Source: a virus (Duplodnaviria > Caudoviricetes). Taken from it: DNA of 56,662 bases. The translations under genes were made by a program, and so were the position numbers. Location: the IMG/VR virus record IMGVR_UViG_3300037634_002773, positions 1 through 56,662 of that record. One strand, given 5' to 3'. Under the pieces are notes generated by a model. The model ran no database searches and had not been told where the DNA came from. It saw nothing but the letters and a program-made list of their open reading frames with translations. Positions 45,962 to 54,435 of this stretch are shown here, in pieces. Position 1 is the stretch's first letter. Each line of letters begins with the position of its first letter.

Positions 45962-46157
45962 GTAGCTTGTTCCACTTCTTGGCATTCTTGCTTCCCGTTT
46001 CTCTTCTTGCACACTTCTTACACACATGCAGCTCTCTCCAGTCTACCAGTGTAACAACCTCTGGTGTTGCAAGGTACTTATCCCTGCCTCTATGGCCACA
46101 TACCTGACATGCAAATATATCACTGACACTTACTTTTTCTATGTAGCTAATTCTCAT
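45954..46157 (-). CDS. Zn-finger protein
   Basis: CQVC...CKKC. Confidence 0.65.
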   Translation of the reverse strand: MRISYIEKVSVSDIFACQVCGHRGRDKYLATPEVVTLVDWRELHVCKKCARRETGSKNAKKWNKLHE

Positions 46158-46416
46158 CGCTTCCTTGGTTTACCATTTTTAGCCTTCCGTTTATTGATGG
46201 CTTATGATCTCTCAGCCTGAGCACTACTGAATTGCCACCAAGCTGTTCATAGCGCTTCTCAATTGTGTCAATCAAAACATCGGTTATAGTTGTACCAGTT
46301 ATCTCACTTATACTGCCGACACCCATCTTATAGTAATACAACAATAACTGTGCATAACTATTTCTTATAAACCTCATCCTTGTTGTTGTACGCTTATCCA
46401 TTTCTACACCCTTCAA
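46147..46416 (-). CDS. Hypothetical protein
   Basis: ORF in operon. Confidence 0.6.
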   Translation of the reverse strand: MKGVEMDKRTTTRMRFIRNSYAQLLLYYYKMGVGSISEITGTTITDVLIDTIEKRYEQLGGNSVVLRLRDHKPSINGRLKMVNQGSDEN

Positions 46417-46568
46417 TACGGTTTTAGTAGTTTCTTCTGCTTGGCGTATCTCTCAACATTATACTCCCTCTTACACTCGTGACACATCGAGGCCCTTGTT
46501 AGTGCGTTCTTGTAAAACTGATCAATAGGCTTGACTTCCTTGCACCGAGTGCAGGCCTTAGTTTTCAT
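46413..46568 (-). CDS. Zn-finger protein, 51 aa
   Basis: MKTKACTRCKEVKPIDQFYK...MCHECKREY; overlaps both neighbours; absent from the ORF track. Confidence 0.7.
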   Translation of the reverse strand: MKTKACTRCKEVKPIDQFYKNALTRASMCHECKREYNVERYAKQKKLLKPY

Positions 46569-47559
46569 TTATAATATCTGCAATTAATTTGCCATAACGA
46601 TTTTTGGTTTTATTTGGAGAACTTAGTCTGTAATATTTTTCTCTTGACCTTATTCTTTCACATGGCTTACACTTTCCTATAATTGGATCAATACTGTTAT
46701 AGCTCTTATCAAACTCATTTACAGGCTTAACCTCACCACACTTTGTGCATTTCTTTTCTGTTCTATTTTTATATTTTTCTACCAATTCTCTATTCACTTT
46801 CTCTCTATGTTTCTCCCTACCTTCTTGTAACTTTTGCTTATTTTCTTCTGTCATTGGTACACCTCTATTCCAAGACGGCTTGCCATACATAGGATTATCT
46901 TTGCCCTTCCTGCCCTTTCCGTACATGGGGTTTTTCTTTCCCCCCCATCTCCCCATATCTTTATGTTTTTGTATCATTTTTTCTTTAAATTCTTTGTCTG
47001 CCCACACCTTCTTAGCTGATGCGCCTATTCTTCTCCTATGCTCTTCTGTGTGTACATAGTCGGAGTCCTTTTGAGCCTGACTCATCCTTGCCCTTATTTC
47101 TTCTGAATGTTTAATGCCAAATGAAGGGTGTAATTCTCCAACTCGTGCCCTCACCCATTTAACATAAGATTCTGGCATTGTTTTCCCTGTATTCGCCTCT
47201 GCCTGCCTTTCAATGACATGGGGTGCATTTTTAAAGGATTCCATGCCTCCAGTGGTACAATTATATCCATATTCGGGATCCATAGCATTATATTCTTTAA
47301 TATACTGCTTTTTTAATTTATAAGCCTTTTTCTGCGACACATTCATGTGGAGTGTCTCAAATTTAAAGTTATGCTCTCCGTGTCTAAGTACTGCTTTACT
47401 AAAAGGGTCTTTGCCTGTATAAGCATCCTTTAACTTCATTTTTCTTGGTTTCGCCCTTGCCCTAGAAATCCTTATAGACACAGCGTCATTAAGTGTTCGA
47501 CCAGACACGCAAATGTAAACCTTATCATTTAAACAGTTTGTTGCTTTGTAGACAATCAT
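46558..47559 (-). CDS. GIY-YIG-like protein with NUMOD3 repeats and a C-terminal Zn finger; catalytic residues appear substituted
   Basis: IVYKATNCLNDKVYIC...GYN; HSEEIRARMS and NPMYGK repeats; CTKC...CKPC. Confidence 0.8.
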   Translation of the reverse strand: MIVYKATNCLNDKVYICVSGRTLNDAVSIRISRARAKPRKMKLKDAYTGKDPFSKAVLRHGEHNFKFETLHMNVSQKKAYKLKKQYIKEYNAMDPEYGYNCTTGGMESFKNAPHVIERQAEANTGKTMPESYVKWVRARVGELHPSFGIKHSEEIRARMSQAQKDSDYVHTEEHRRRIGASAKKVWADKEFKEKMIQKHKDMGRWGGKKNPMYGKGRKGKDNPMYGKPSWNRGVPMTEENKQKLQEGREKHREKVNRELVEKYKNRTEKKCTKCGEVKPVNEFDKSYNSIDPIIGKCKPCERIRSREKYYRLSSPNKTKNRYGKLIADIINEN

Positions 47560-47582
47560 TCTCTTTCTCCTTTATTAATTGC

Positions 47583-47830
47583 TTGAGCAGACATTGTTGT
47601 GGTATGTGCAGGAATGCACGTTGCTATTGCTCATCAAGGCTAACATGAAATGCCTGCTCAATTCTCATCCCAGCTAGGCGCAGTTTACGCATATAACGAG
47701 GTTCTGCGCCCACATAGCTGGTATCAGGTGTGGTAGCGCTCACACTACCCACCATCTCACTCCTCCGTAGAGTACAATAGCCCAAAACAATACGGAAAAT
47801 AAGACTAATATTATATACATTAGTATTCTC
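47583..47830 (-). ncRNA. Candidate structured RNA of five tandem stem-loops
   Basis: Stems at 47583-47661, 47670-47721, 47727-47753, 47764-47796 and about 47805-47825; most mismatches become G-U on the minus strand. Confidence 0.55.
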
Positions 47831-47845
47831 ACTTAAACGGCTTCA

Positions 47846-48601
47846 TTAGTACAGTCTAACCTTTTCTTTGCTACGGAAATTGTATATTTCTTCAACCATA
47901 ATAATAGTTTCTTTTATTGTACTACAGGTCATCATCTTTCTAGATCCTCCAGAGTCCAACCTTTTTAAGAACCTTTCAAACTGAAAGTCTTTGTTGTTAA
48001 ACAGTGTTACCATGGCTAAAACAAAATTCCAAGTTCGACACCTAGAGTAGTATGGAGCGGTTTGCATAATCATGTCTGCCATTTTCACAGCCTTTTTGTA
48101 GTTCTTTATTGTAAATGTCCCATTATTAAATGACCTTGTGTTTATAGAATGTGTATTGGTTAATAACCCTATACAGCTTTTATATCCCATCCTATATTTG
48201 TCCATAAACTGCTTAAATCGAACATATTCAGGATACTCTCCCTCTCTCTCTAAATAGCAGGTAAGATAATTTTCATTAGTCCACTTTCTACTACTTGTGT
48301 TGAGGGCAATAACCTCCTCTAGTCCATACCCAGGCTCGACCGTATAATGGAATGGCTTCTCTAGCGTCTTGCAAGCCATAAACCTGTGTTGCCCGTCGCA
48401 TATTTCATCTTTTTCATTCACTATTCCAGTTGTAAATAATTGCTTATTTTGCATTGACTTTATCAAATTATTTAAATGGGACTTATTAATGGGCCTATTC
48501 CCCTTTAAAAACCTAAGACCATCATAATCGGTTGTTGATAGTATTGTGTTCATTTTATCTGTTTCCTTTTTTTTGTTATAGTTAATCTCTTTCTCCTTCA
48601 C
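47846..48601 (-). CDS. ParB/Srx-like N-terminal domain protein
   Basis: NRPINKSHL...IVNE...DGQHRFMAC. Confidence 0.75.
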   Translation of the reverse strand: MKEKEINYNKKKETDKMNTILSTTDYDGLRFLKGNRPINKSHLNNLIKSMQNKQLFTTGIVNEKDEICDGQHRFMACKTLEKPFHYTVEPGYGLEEVIALNTSSRKWTNENYLTCYLEREGEYPEYVRFKQFMDKYRMGYKSCIGLLTNTHSINTRSFNNGTFTIKNYKKAVKMADMIMQTAPYYSRCRTWNFVLAMVTLFNNKDFQFERFLKRLDSGGSRKMMTCSTIKETIIMVEEIYNFRSKEKVRLY

Positions 48602-48786
48602 TTTTCATCAAGCCCGTCAAGAAATACGTCAGCAACCCTCGTGTTTCCAGTATCACTGATAGTCTGAAAACCTTTACGGCACTCTTTTATAACAGAGTTG
48701 CTCTCCTGAAGTAATTGCTTTACTCGAATCAGCTCTCTACGAAGTAGCGCTATGTACTCTTTTAGTTTTTCTTGATCGTTTTCCAA
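48598..48786 (-). CDS. Small coiled-coil protein
   Basis: Overlap-coupled ORF. Confidence 0.6.
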   Translation of the reverse strand: MENDQEKLKEYIALLRRELIRVKQLLQESNSVIKECRKGFQTISDTGNTRVADVFLDGLDEK

Positions 48787-49621
48787 AGGTTTTTACGAAC
48801 TCCTTAAACTCGTCTGGGGCCCCCTCTTGGGGTAAAGACTTTCGCTCTTCAGCTTCTTTACGCCTAGTTTCGGCCTGTTTAGTTTCTTTGTGTTTAACTT
48901 TAGCCTTGTCTTGAAACCTTCTCCATCCATCCTCTAAGAAGAACTTGTTTGGAGCGGCTTTATACTCATCATTAAGTCTTGCATCACAGTAGGTCTTCCA
49001 GTCCTCCACACCCATGATATTTAAGGCCTCAGATAAAATCATCCTTGTTTTAGAGGTCACACTCTCGCCCATAAGGTTCTCCTCACCTACAAAGTACTTA
49101 TAAAGCCTTGCAATGTGAGATTCGCTTTGCGGGGTATCCGTGGTTACCGTATTACTTATACCATTACTCATACTATTACTTATACTTAAGGGGCTTATAT
49201 CCCCCTTGCTAGGGGGATCTATCCCCCTTGTATCCCCCTTGAATATCATTATGGTTTCTACAACATCAGCTGGTAACATGTTATATATATCAGGGAATCT
49301 TTCCTCATGCTCTATTATGCTTTTAATTATAGCAATATGAGCCTTGTTTTTAATATTTAACGGAAGGTTCTTTTGATGCTTGATGTGCTTTTTAATGAAT
49401 ATATATCCATCTCTAAGCAAAACAGATTTAGAGAGGGACTCAACAGTCCCCCTCACATCTTCAATACCTGTTCTAAGGGTCGCCAGTCTAGAATTAAACT
49501 CATAAAATCCAGCTATATCACATACATCGCATAGATATATAAACATAACTTTTTGTTTGAGATCTAATTCAGAGAACCAAACATCATCCCATTTTTTAGG
49601 ATCTGAGAATTTAATTGCCAT
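48737..49621 (-). CDS. Replication initiator / replisome organiser
   Basis: N-terminal WDDVWFSEL...FIYLCDVCDIAG; internal iteron-like DNA in the linker, as in lambda O-type initiators. Confidence 0.75.
   Translation of the reverse strand: MAIKFSDPKKWDDVWFSELDLKQKVMFIYLCDVCDIAGFYEFNSRLATLRTGIEDVRGTVESLSKSVLLRDGYIFIKKHIKHQKNLPLNIKNKAHIAIIKSIIEHEERFPDIYNMLPADVVETIMIFKGDTRGIDPPSKGDISPLSISNSMSNGISNTVTTDTPQSESHIARLYKYFVGEENLMGESVTSKTRMILSEALNIMGVEDWKTYCDARLNDEYKAAPNKFFLEDGWRRFQDKAKVKHKETKQAETRRKEAEERKSLPQEGAPDEFKEFVKTFGKRSRKTKRVHSATS
49147..49240. promoter_or_regulatory. Probable replication origin (iterons plus AT-rich repeats)
   Basis: Repeated ATCCCCCTTG, quasi-palindrome AGGGGGATCTATCCCCCT, adjacent TATTACTTATAC repeats. 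Confidence 0.7.
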
Positions 49622-50091
49622 CAGAAAGGTAGCTTTTCCTCAGCCTGCATATTCTTAAGCATTTGAATGACCTGATCAAGCTTCTGTTCAAGCCTAGCAA
49701 GCTCACCGTCTGAATTAGATGCTGGCGCTGTAGCCATCTGTGGAGGCATAACAGGACTCATAGCCTGAGGTGGGGCCTGCTGGACTAGATCATCCTTATT
49801 CATGCCGTTGATTTGAAAGAAAGGGAAACCACCTTTTGGATTCTCTACCTTCTCTATCTTCAATGGCTTTCCTGTCTTGTCTGGCATGACCTTTAACATT
49901 GCATCAAGGGTCTCTGAGGCCATAAAATACTGGCCATTAGTGCAGAGCCACTTATGCCACAAAAACGATGTTCCATCATCTCTTTTGGTCTGCCCCTCTA
50001 TAGGGGATTCTTGTTCTAGGGTTATTAGTTGTGGTATTGGTGATCCGTCGATGTCAGGGTTACTGAACTTTATTTGTGTTCTGTCTTCCAT
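49621..50091 (-). CDS. Probable single-stranded DNA-binding protein
   Basis: Between annealase and initiator; C-terminal EEKLPF. Confidence 0.55.
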   Translation of the reverse strand: MEDRTQIKFSNPDIDGSPIPQLITLEQESPIEGQTKRDDGTSFLWHKWLCTNGQYFMASETLDAMLKVMPDKTGKPLKIEKVENPKGGFPFFQINGMNKDDLVQQAPPQAMSPVMPPQMATAPASNSDGELARLEQKLDQVIQMLKNMQAEEKLPF

Positions 50092-50773
50092 GGTACTCCT
50101 TATCTTTTTGTTCGTTATCGTAAAGACTGGCCTCTCCTACTACATATGCTAACCATTCATTGACCTGCGCAGCTGTTGGATCTCCATCAATAACTTGAAG
50201 AACCTGTTTTTGCATACTGGTTCCTCCATTATCATTGGTGAACACTGTATGGGTGGTGACTACCTTCCTAATTCTCTCCAAGTCTGCTTGCTGTGCTTTT
50301 GTAAGCTTGCTCTTTTTCTTAACAGGAGCCTTCTCATTACTAGCAGGTGGACTGTCATTAGATTCTTGAGGTATGTCCTCACCAGCGTAGATGTAGTGTC
50401 CTAGTCCAAGCATAGCCATGCATTTAACTAGACATCTCATCTTAGTGTCGCTGATCTGCCTTGCGGTTGGGTTTTCTATGGCATTGTTCCTGTAGTCCAT
50501 CACTGGAAGCCACATCTTGCGAACTAGGTCATCAATCTTGAGCTCACACTCAACAGAACAAGTACCATCGCCATAGATAAGCACATCTTTAGTGACATAG
50601 TGTGTACCATCGGGATATTCCCATTCAGTAAAAGTGTATGTAGCTTGTGGATAATGATCCATAAGTTCACCCCATGCCCATGCCCATGACAGGTATGTAA
50701 GGTTGCCCTTCTTTTCGGTTTTGTTGTTTACGTCTATAGAAGACAGCGTCTTCCATACGGTTTCGTTGTTCAT
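50060..50773 (-). CDS. Sak3/DUF1071-like single-strand annealing protein
   Basis: LTYLSWAWAW...MWLPVMDYRN...RCLVK..A..GLG.YIYAGED. Confidence 0.9.
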   Translation of the reverse strand: MNNETVWKTLSSIDVNNKTEKKGNLTYLSWAWAWGELMDHYPQATYTFTEWEYPDGTHYVTKDVLIYGDGTCSVECELKIDDLVRKMWLPVMDYRNNAIENPTARQISDTKMRCLVKCMAMLGLGHYIYAGEDIPQESNDSPPASNEKAPVKKKSKLTKAQQADLERIRKVVTTHTVFTNDNGGTSMQKQVLQVIDGDPTAAQVNEWLAYVVGEASLYDNEQKDKEYHGRQNTNKVQ

Positions 50774-50976
50774 CTTCGTTCTCCTTTTATGTTTTCGACT
50801 AACACAATAAAATGGTTCTCCATCTCCTCAGTTAGCCTGCGCTTTCTGTTCAGTATTAGTGATAAGTATGGTGCTGATATTCCTAGCCTATCAGCTATCC
50901 AAGACTGCTTTATACCCTTCTCTTTAATAATCTCTCGAAGTTCCATGTATGCCCTATTTTTACTGAACCATCCCAT
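50770..50976 (-). CDS. XRE/Cro-like HTH regulator
   Basis: GIKQSWIADRLGISAPYLSLILNRKR. Confidence 0.85.
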   Translation of the reverse strand: MGWFSKNRAYMELREIIKEKGIKQSWIADRLGISAPYLSLILNRKRRLTEEMENHFIVLVENIKGERR

Positions 50977-51067
50977 ACTGTAATATACAGCTTGTTAATT
51001 ATTATTTACAAACCATTTATAGACATTAAGGGCTTTTAAGTGGCAGGATATATCCATATATTAGGAC
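50977..51067. promoter_or_regulatory. Divergent promoters, both apparently leaderless
   Basis: TATATT-N5-ATG on both strands; palindromes CTGTAATATACAG (50978-50990) and GGATATATCC (51046-51055). Confidence 0.55.
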
Positions 51068-51268
51068 ATGAAAAAGCCAAATAAAATATACACCTTAACA
51101 ATCGTTTACAATGACGACTCAGAAGAGGTTGAATATCTACAGGAAACAATCTGCGTAGATGATATGGGTGAGGTTGATAACGCATCCATACTTGTTGACC
51201 TCTCAGACTACTGGGACGAGGACACACTAAAGCAGCTTACAGATCACCACTATGTAGCCGAGGCTTAA
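51068..51268 (+). CDS. Acidic 66-aa protein, the only plus-strand gene in the early/middle arm
   Basis: Fills the gap between minus genes; 17 of 66 residues D/E. Confidence 0.7.
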   Translation: MKKPNKIYTLTIVYNDDSEEVEYLQETICVDDMGEVDNASILVDLSDYWDEDTLKQLTDHHYVAEA

Positions 51269-51447
51269 ACGTGCCCCAAGCTTGACTCGATCATCTCGGT
51301 CATCTTGTCTCTCATTGTTACACCATCTTTAACGCATTGAGTTTTAAACTTAATGAAAAGTTTCTTATCAATTGGTAATTGGAACAGGTGTACACTTTCA
51401 TCGTACTGAGGATACCTTAATCGTCCTGCCTTTTTATCCATCTTCAT
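51265..51447 (-). CDS. Ribbon-helix-helix (ParG/CopG-like) protein
   Basis: FQLPIDKKLFIKFKTQCVKDGVTMRDKMTEMIE. Confidence 0.75.
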   Translation of the reverse strand: MKMDKKAGRLRYPQYDESVHLFQLPIDKKLFIKFKTQCVKDGVTMRDKMTEMIESSLGHV

Positions 51448-51574
51448 TCTCCTTTTCTTCTATTTGTATTTCTATTGTTTCTAAGTTAAGCTCCAACTCT
51501 CGTAGCTCCAACCTTCTACTAGACACTTGATTGCGCATCTCTATTCTTACTTTATACAACTCATCTAACTCCAT
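51434..51574 (-). CDS. Small coiled-coil protein, 46 aa
   Basis: GGAGG SD; MELDELYKVRIEMRN... Confidence 0.65.
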   Translation of the reverse strand: MELDELYKVRIEMRNQVSSRRLELRELELNLETIEIQIEEKENEDG

Positions 51575-51583
51575 TTTACCTCC

Positions 51584-51907
51584 CTATGCAAAGTATACTG
51601 TTATTATTTTCTGTTCAAAGTCTATCTCAACACGGTCAGGAACAATACTTCCGTTTTCCCTGTCAAGATCTTCCTCTATCTCCCAACCCACACCGTCCAC
51701 AAAGACAAATTCATTATCCCCTATAGACATCTCTATCTTACTGACATGGGCATAGATGCCCTTGATACCATATTCTCTCGACTCAATATCTACAATAAAG
51801 TAAATAGTAGCATCGCTATGTGGCATATCACAGTCCTCATCAGCCCACTCCATCGGGGCATCATAGATGTCTATCTCTAGTGCTGGTAGTACGTGTTTAA
51901 AGTTCAT
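51584..51907 (-). CDS. Acidic early protein
   Basis: AAGGAG SD; ATGA coupling. Confidence 0.75.
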   Translation of the reverse strand: MNFKHVLPALEIDIYDAPMEWADEDCDMPHSDATIYFIVDIESREYGIKGIYAHVSKIEMSIGDNEFVFVDGVGWEIEEDLDRENGSIVPDRVEIDFEQKIITVYFA

Positions 51908-52341
51908 TTATTCTCCTTTATTAGTTTATAATTTCCGATGCTCATTATTTTATTTACGTCTCTCAAGGCTCTAACATCCGACTTATTAAGCCTATACCTT
52001 AGATTGGCAAGTTGCTTATTCTTCTTGTCGATCCTCTCCTCCTGTTTTGATCCCTTGATCTGAAGGTCTCGAATAGTATCAAGATGCCTTTTGTGAGTGG
52101 CGTTGGCAGATAGTTTTAGATCGTGTATCTCCAGCTTAAACTTCTCAACAACCTCATCACTTGCTCCAGCCAGCTTATCAATTATGATCTCGCCAATAGA
52201 CCCCATGTCATGCATGTTTAGAGTGCCAAACCTCACAATAAAATCACCCCAAGACTTGGACTGCTTCATTGTACCCACTCCATCTCTGGAAGCTAAGATC
52301 CCATTCTTATCTATATGTTTAATCACGCTATTTAAGGTCAT
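51904..52341 (-). CDS. Early hypothetical protein
   Basis: AAGGAGG SD; coupled. Confidence 0.75.
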   Translation of the reverse strand: MTLNSVIKHIDKNGILASRDGVGTMKQSKSWGDFIVRFGTLNMHDMGSIGEIIIDKLAGASDEVVEKFKLEIHDLKLSANATHKRHLDTIRDLQIKGSKQEERIDKKNKQLANLRYRLNKSDVRALRDVNKIMSIGNYKLIKENK

Positions 52342-52522
52342 CTGCCTCCTTATCCCAGCCTTTAGATTCGGCTAGATTTAGTAGTTTCTCAAACTCACCC
52401 TTACCATTATCAACTAAATGGTTGTATGAGCTAGGATTTGTTTTCTTCATGTGCATGAGCCATCTATAGACTCCCTGCCAGTTTGGTGTCATGTCTATGT
52501 ATTTATCCATTAGAATGGGCAC
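52328..52522 (-). CDS. Early hypothetical protein
   Basis: IDMTPNW motif; overlap-coupled. Confidence 0.7.
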   Translation of the reverse strand: MPILMDKYIDMTPNWQGVYRWLMHMKKTNPSSYNHLVDNGKGEFEKLLNLAESKGWDKEADDLK

Positions 52523-52737
52523 TCCTCTTCTTTAGGTTCTTCTAGGTAGGTTGGTTCTGTAGACTCAATCGGTTCACATATGGTTGCAGTATACAAGTCT
52601 TTTCTATTGAATAGCCTTCTATACAGCTCTTGAGCCTCTTCTAGTGTGTCAAAAGCCTGCCAGTCAGAGTGATATTCATACTCATTGGGTAACAGGTTCT
52701 TGCTCTTTCTTTTTGTTGTTAAGCATACTATGTACAT
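52510..52737 (-). CDS. Early hypothetical protein
   Basis: AAGGAG SD. Confidence 0.7.
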   Translation of the reverse strand: MYIVCLTTKRKSKNLLPNEYEYHSDWQAFDTLEEAQELYRRLFNRKDLYTATICEPIESTEPTYLEEPKEEECPF

Positions 52738-52901
52738 ATGGTCTCCTTTAAAAAATCGGTAAAGTCATCTTCACTATAATATCTTATGAGTTTATGCTCA
52801 TACTCTCTGTATTTATGTAGCAAGTCCATCATTGCACCAACATCGTGCAGTGAGAAGTGCTCCTCTAATGCCTTTTCTATATTGTTAAACGTCTCGGTCA
52901 T
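52728..52901 (-). CDS. Early hypothetical protein, 57 aa
   Basis: GGAG SD; MTETFNNIEKALEEHF... Confidence 0.65.
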   Translation of the reverse strand: MTETFNNIEKALEEHFSLHDVGAMMDLLHKYREYEHKLIRYYSEDDFTDFLKETICT

Positions 52902-53053
52902 TTATTCTCCCTCATTTTTAAGACACAACCTATAAAGCTGTGTAGGTCTATTAGTTGCTTTATTGAAACTTCTTCTGCTATAATGGTTTCTTTACCTGCA
53001 TCGTCAAATAGAACTATGCCGAAGTGTGGTTCATACTTCTCATTATCTATCAT
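52898..53053 (-). CDS. Early hypothetical protein, 51 aa
   Basis: GAGG SD; MIDNEKYEPHFGIVLF...; ATGA overlap. Confidence 0.5.
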   Translation of the reverse strand: MIDNEKYEPHFGIVLFDDAGKETIIAEEVSIKQLIDLHSFIGCVLKMRENK

Positions 53054-53089
53054 ACAAACCTCAAACTCAAGCCATTTATCGTATTCTCC

Positions 53090-53485
53090 TTATACTATTG
53101 GGTTATCTTTTAGTGTTTGAGCAGGACTTATCTCTTTCCATACACTCTCGTGGAAACTGATACCAAACACAGCCTTTATTGTATCAAGTATATTAGTATG
53201 GTCTTTATCTAAATCCTCAACGTGATACCAATTATCTTCTATGGCAGGATTGTCATCCATCTGACAACACATTAGACTTGCATCTCCGTCCTGTGCATCC
53301 ACACCAATCCATCCATCACCTGCATCATAGACCTCTGTATTATCAAACCATACACTATAGTAGTGGTCAGTTGCTCTGTCGGGTATTATTATCTTTTGAA
53401 ATTGTTTCCAATTTTCAAACCCATTATATATATCGTACTTTGCATTGGAAACTTGTACTCTTTTCTTTATTGGTGAACTTGGCAT
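53090..53485 (-). CDS. Early hypothetical protein
   Basis: AAGGAG SD; TAATG coupling. Confidence 0.75.
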   Translation of the reverse strand: MPSSPIKKRVQVSNAKYDIYNGFENWKQFQKIIIPDRATDHYYSVWFDNTEVYDAGDGWIGVDAQDGDASLMCCQMDDNPAIEDNWYHVEDLDKDHTNILDTIKAVFGISFHESVWKEISPAQTLKDNPIV

Positions 53486-53715
53486 TACTTGGTCTCCTTT
53501 GCTTTTTCCATTGCTATATGGTCTTGTTCTTCGTGATAGTGCTTGTCATCTCTGTCAGCAGGGTCTTCTACATAAGACTCTGCATAGCCATCAAATGCCT
53601 CAAACAGTTCTCTTTTATATGGATGAGCCATAAATAATAACTCCTCAATATATTCCAAAGCATCACTCCTATCTTCATCTAAAATGCATCCTGCTATGTA
53701 TCTATATTCTTTCAT
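53485..53715 (-). CDS. Acidic early protein
   Basis: AAGGAG SD; coupled. Confidence 0.75.
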   Translation of the reverse strand: MKEYRYIAGCILDEDRSDALEYIEELLFMAHPYKRELFEAFDGYAESYVEDPADRDDKHYHEEQDHIAMEKAKETK

Positions 53716-54122
53716 ACTTTCTCCTTATAAAAGTCACAAGTCCATTCATTAGTTTCTTTATCTCTCCAAACATCCATTCTCTCACTATACTGCTCGTTAC
53801 GAGTATCATCTTGACATCCAAAGTCTATGTTTACCTCGTAGTATGGATTGCCCTGCTCGTCTTCGTGTTCAAATTCAATCTCTGCTCTGCTCCATATTCC
53901 ATTAGTAGATTTATGGTAGTTTGAGTACAGAACATTGAGTCCGACTCCATCTATGTATTTCTGTAATCCGTCAGGTAGTTTTTCTTTAAGGTCGTCAGAG
54001 GTTGAGAGTATATCTGATTTCAATACTTTAGGCTTATAGTCGCCATTAGCAATATCAGTTAGTATTTCATATATATCATCATCTCCGAGCCAATGTCTCG
54101 TCATTTCATAGGTTATTTTCAT
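53712..54122 (-). CDS. Acidic early protein
   Basis: ATGA coupling. Confidence 0.75.
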   Translation of the reverse strand: MKITYEMTRHWLGDDDIYEILTDIANGDYKPKVLKSDILSTSDDLKEKLPDGLQKYIDGVGLNVLYSNYHKSTNGIWSRAEIEFEHEDEQGNPYYEVNIDFGCQDDTRNEQYSERMDVWRDKETNEWTCDFYKEKV

Positions 54123-54304
54123 TCGTCATCATCTCCATTAAATAGTTTTAGTTTAATTATGACATCCTCATCCTCGTTAGGAGTCCAACTCCACTCAAAT
54201 ACCTTCCCTCTCTGTAATTCATAGAGGTCGCTGTCAGTTAGATTAACATCACAGGTATAAAGTGGTTTTGTATTGATTGTATGAGGTCGAGCCATTATAT
54301 ACAT
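54119..54304 (-). CDS. Acidic early protein
   Basis: GAGGAGG SD. Confidence 0.7.
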   Translation of the reverse strand: MYIMARPHTINTKPLYTCDVNLTDSDLYELQRGKVFEWSWTPNEDEDVIIKLKLFNGDDDE

Positions 54305-54435
54305 CCCTCCTCTATTTCATCGGCATACTTACAAGCCTCATTATATAATTTGTTATCCCATTTCTGAACAGCATCAACGAAATTGTTGAACCATGCCAAT
54401 TGCATATCAGCCTTATTCATGTCATCTATAGTCAT
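54295..54435 (-). CDS. Early hypothetical protein, 46 aa
   Basis: TAATG coupling; MTIDDMNKADMQLAWFNNF... Confidence 0.65.
   Translation of the reverse strand: MTIDDMNKADMQLAWFNNFVDAVQKWDNKLYNEACKYADEIEEGCI

Noticed and set aside
46558-47830. Group I intron carrying a homing endonuclease
   Set aside because: No interrupted host gene, no recognisable P7 core, and no structured segment 3' of the ORF
42982-51268. Shared C-terminal ending (IGEA, VAEA) in two small proteins
   Set aside because: Too short to distinguish from chance without homolog alignments
52898-53485. Stop-codon readthrough or alternative genetic code (53090 stop is in frame with the next ORF)
   Set aside because: An isolated case; all three stop codons end well-formed genes elsewhere and long genes are intact under the standard code
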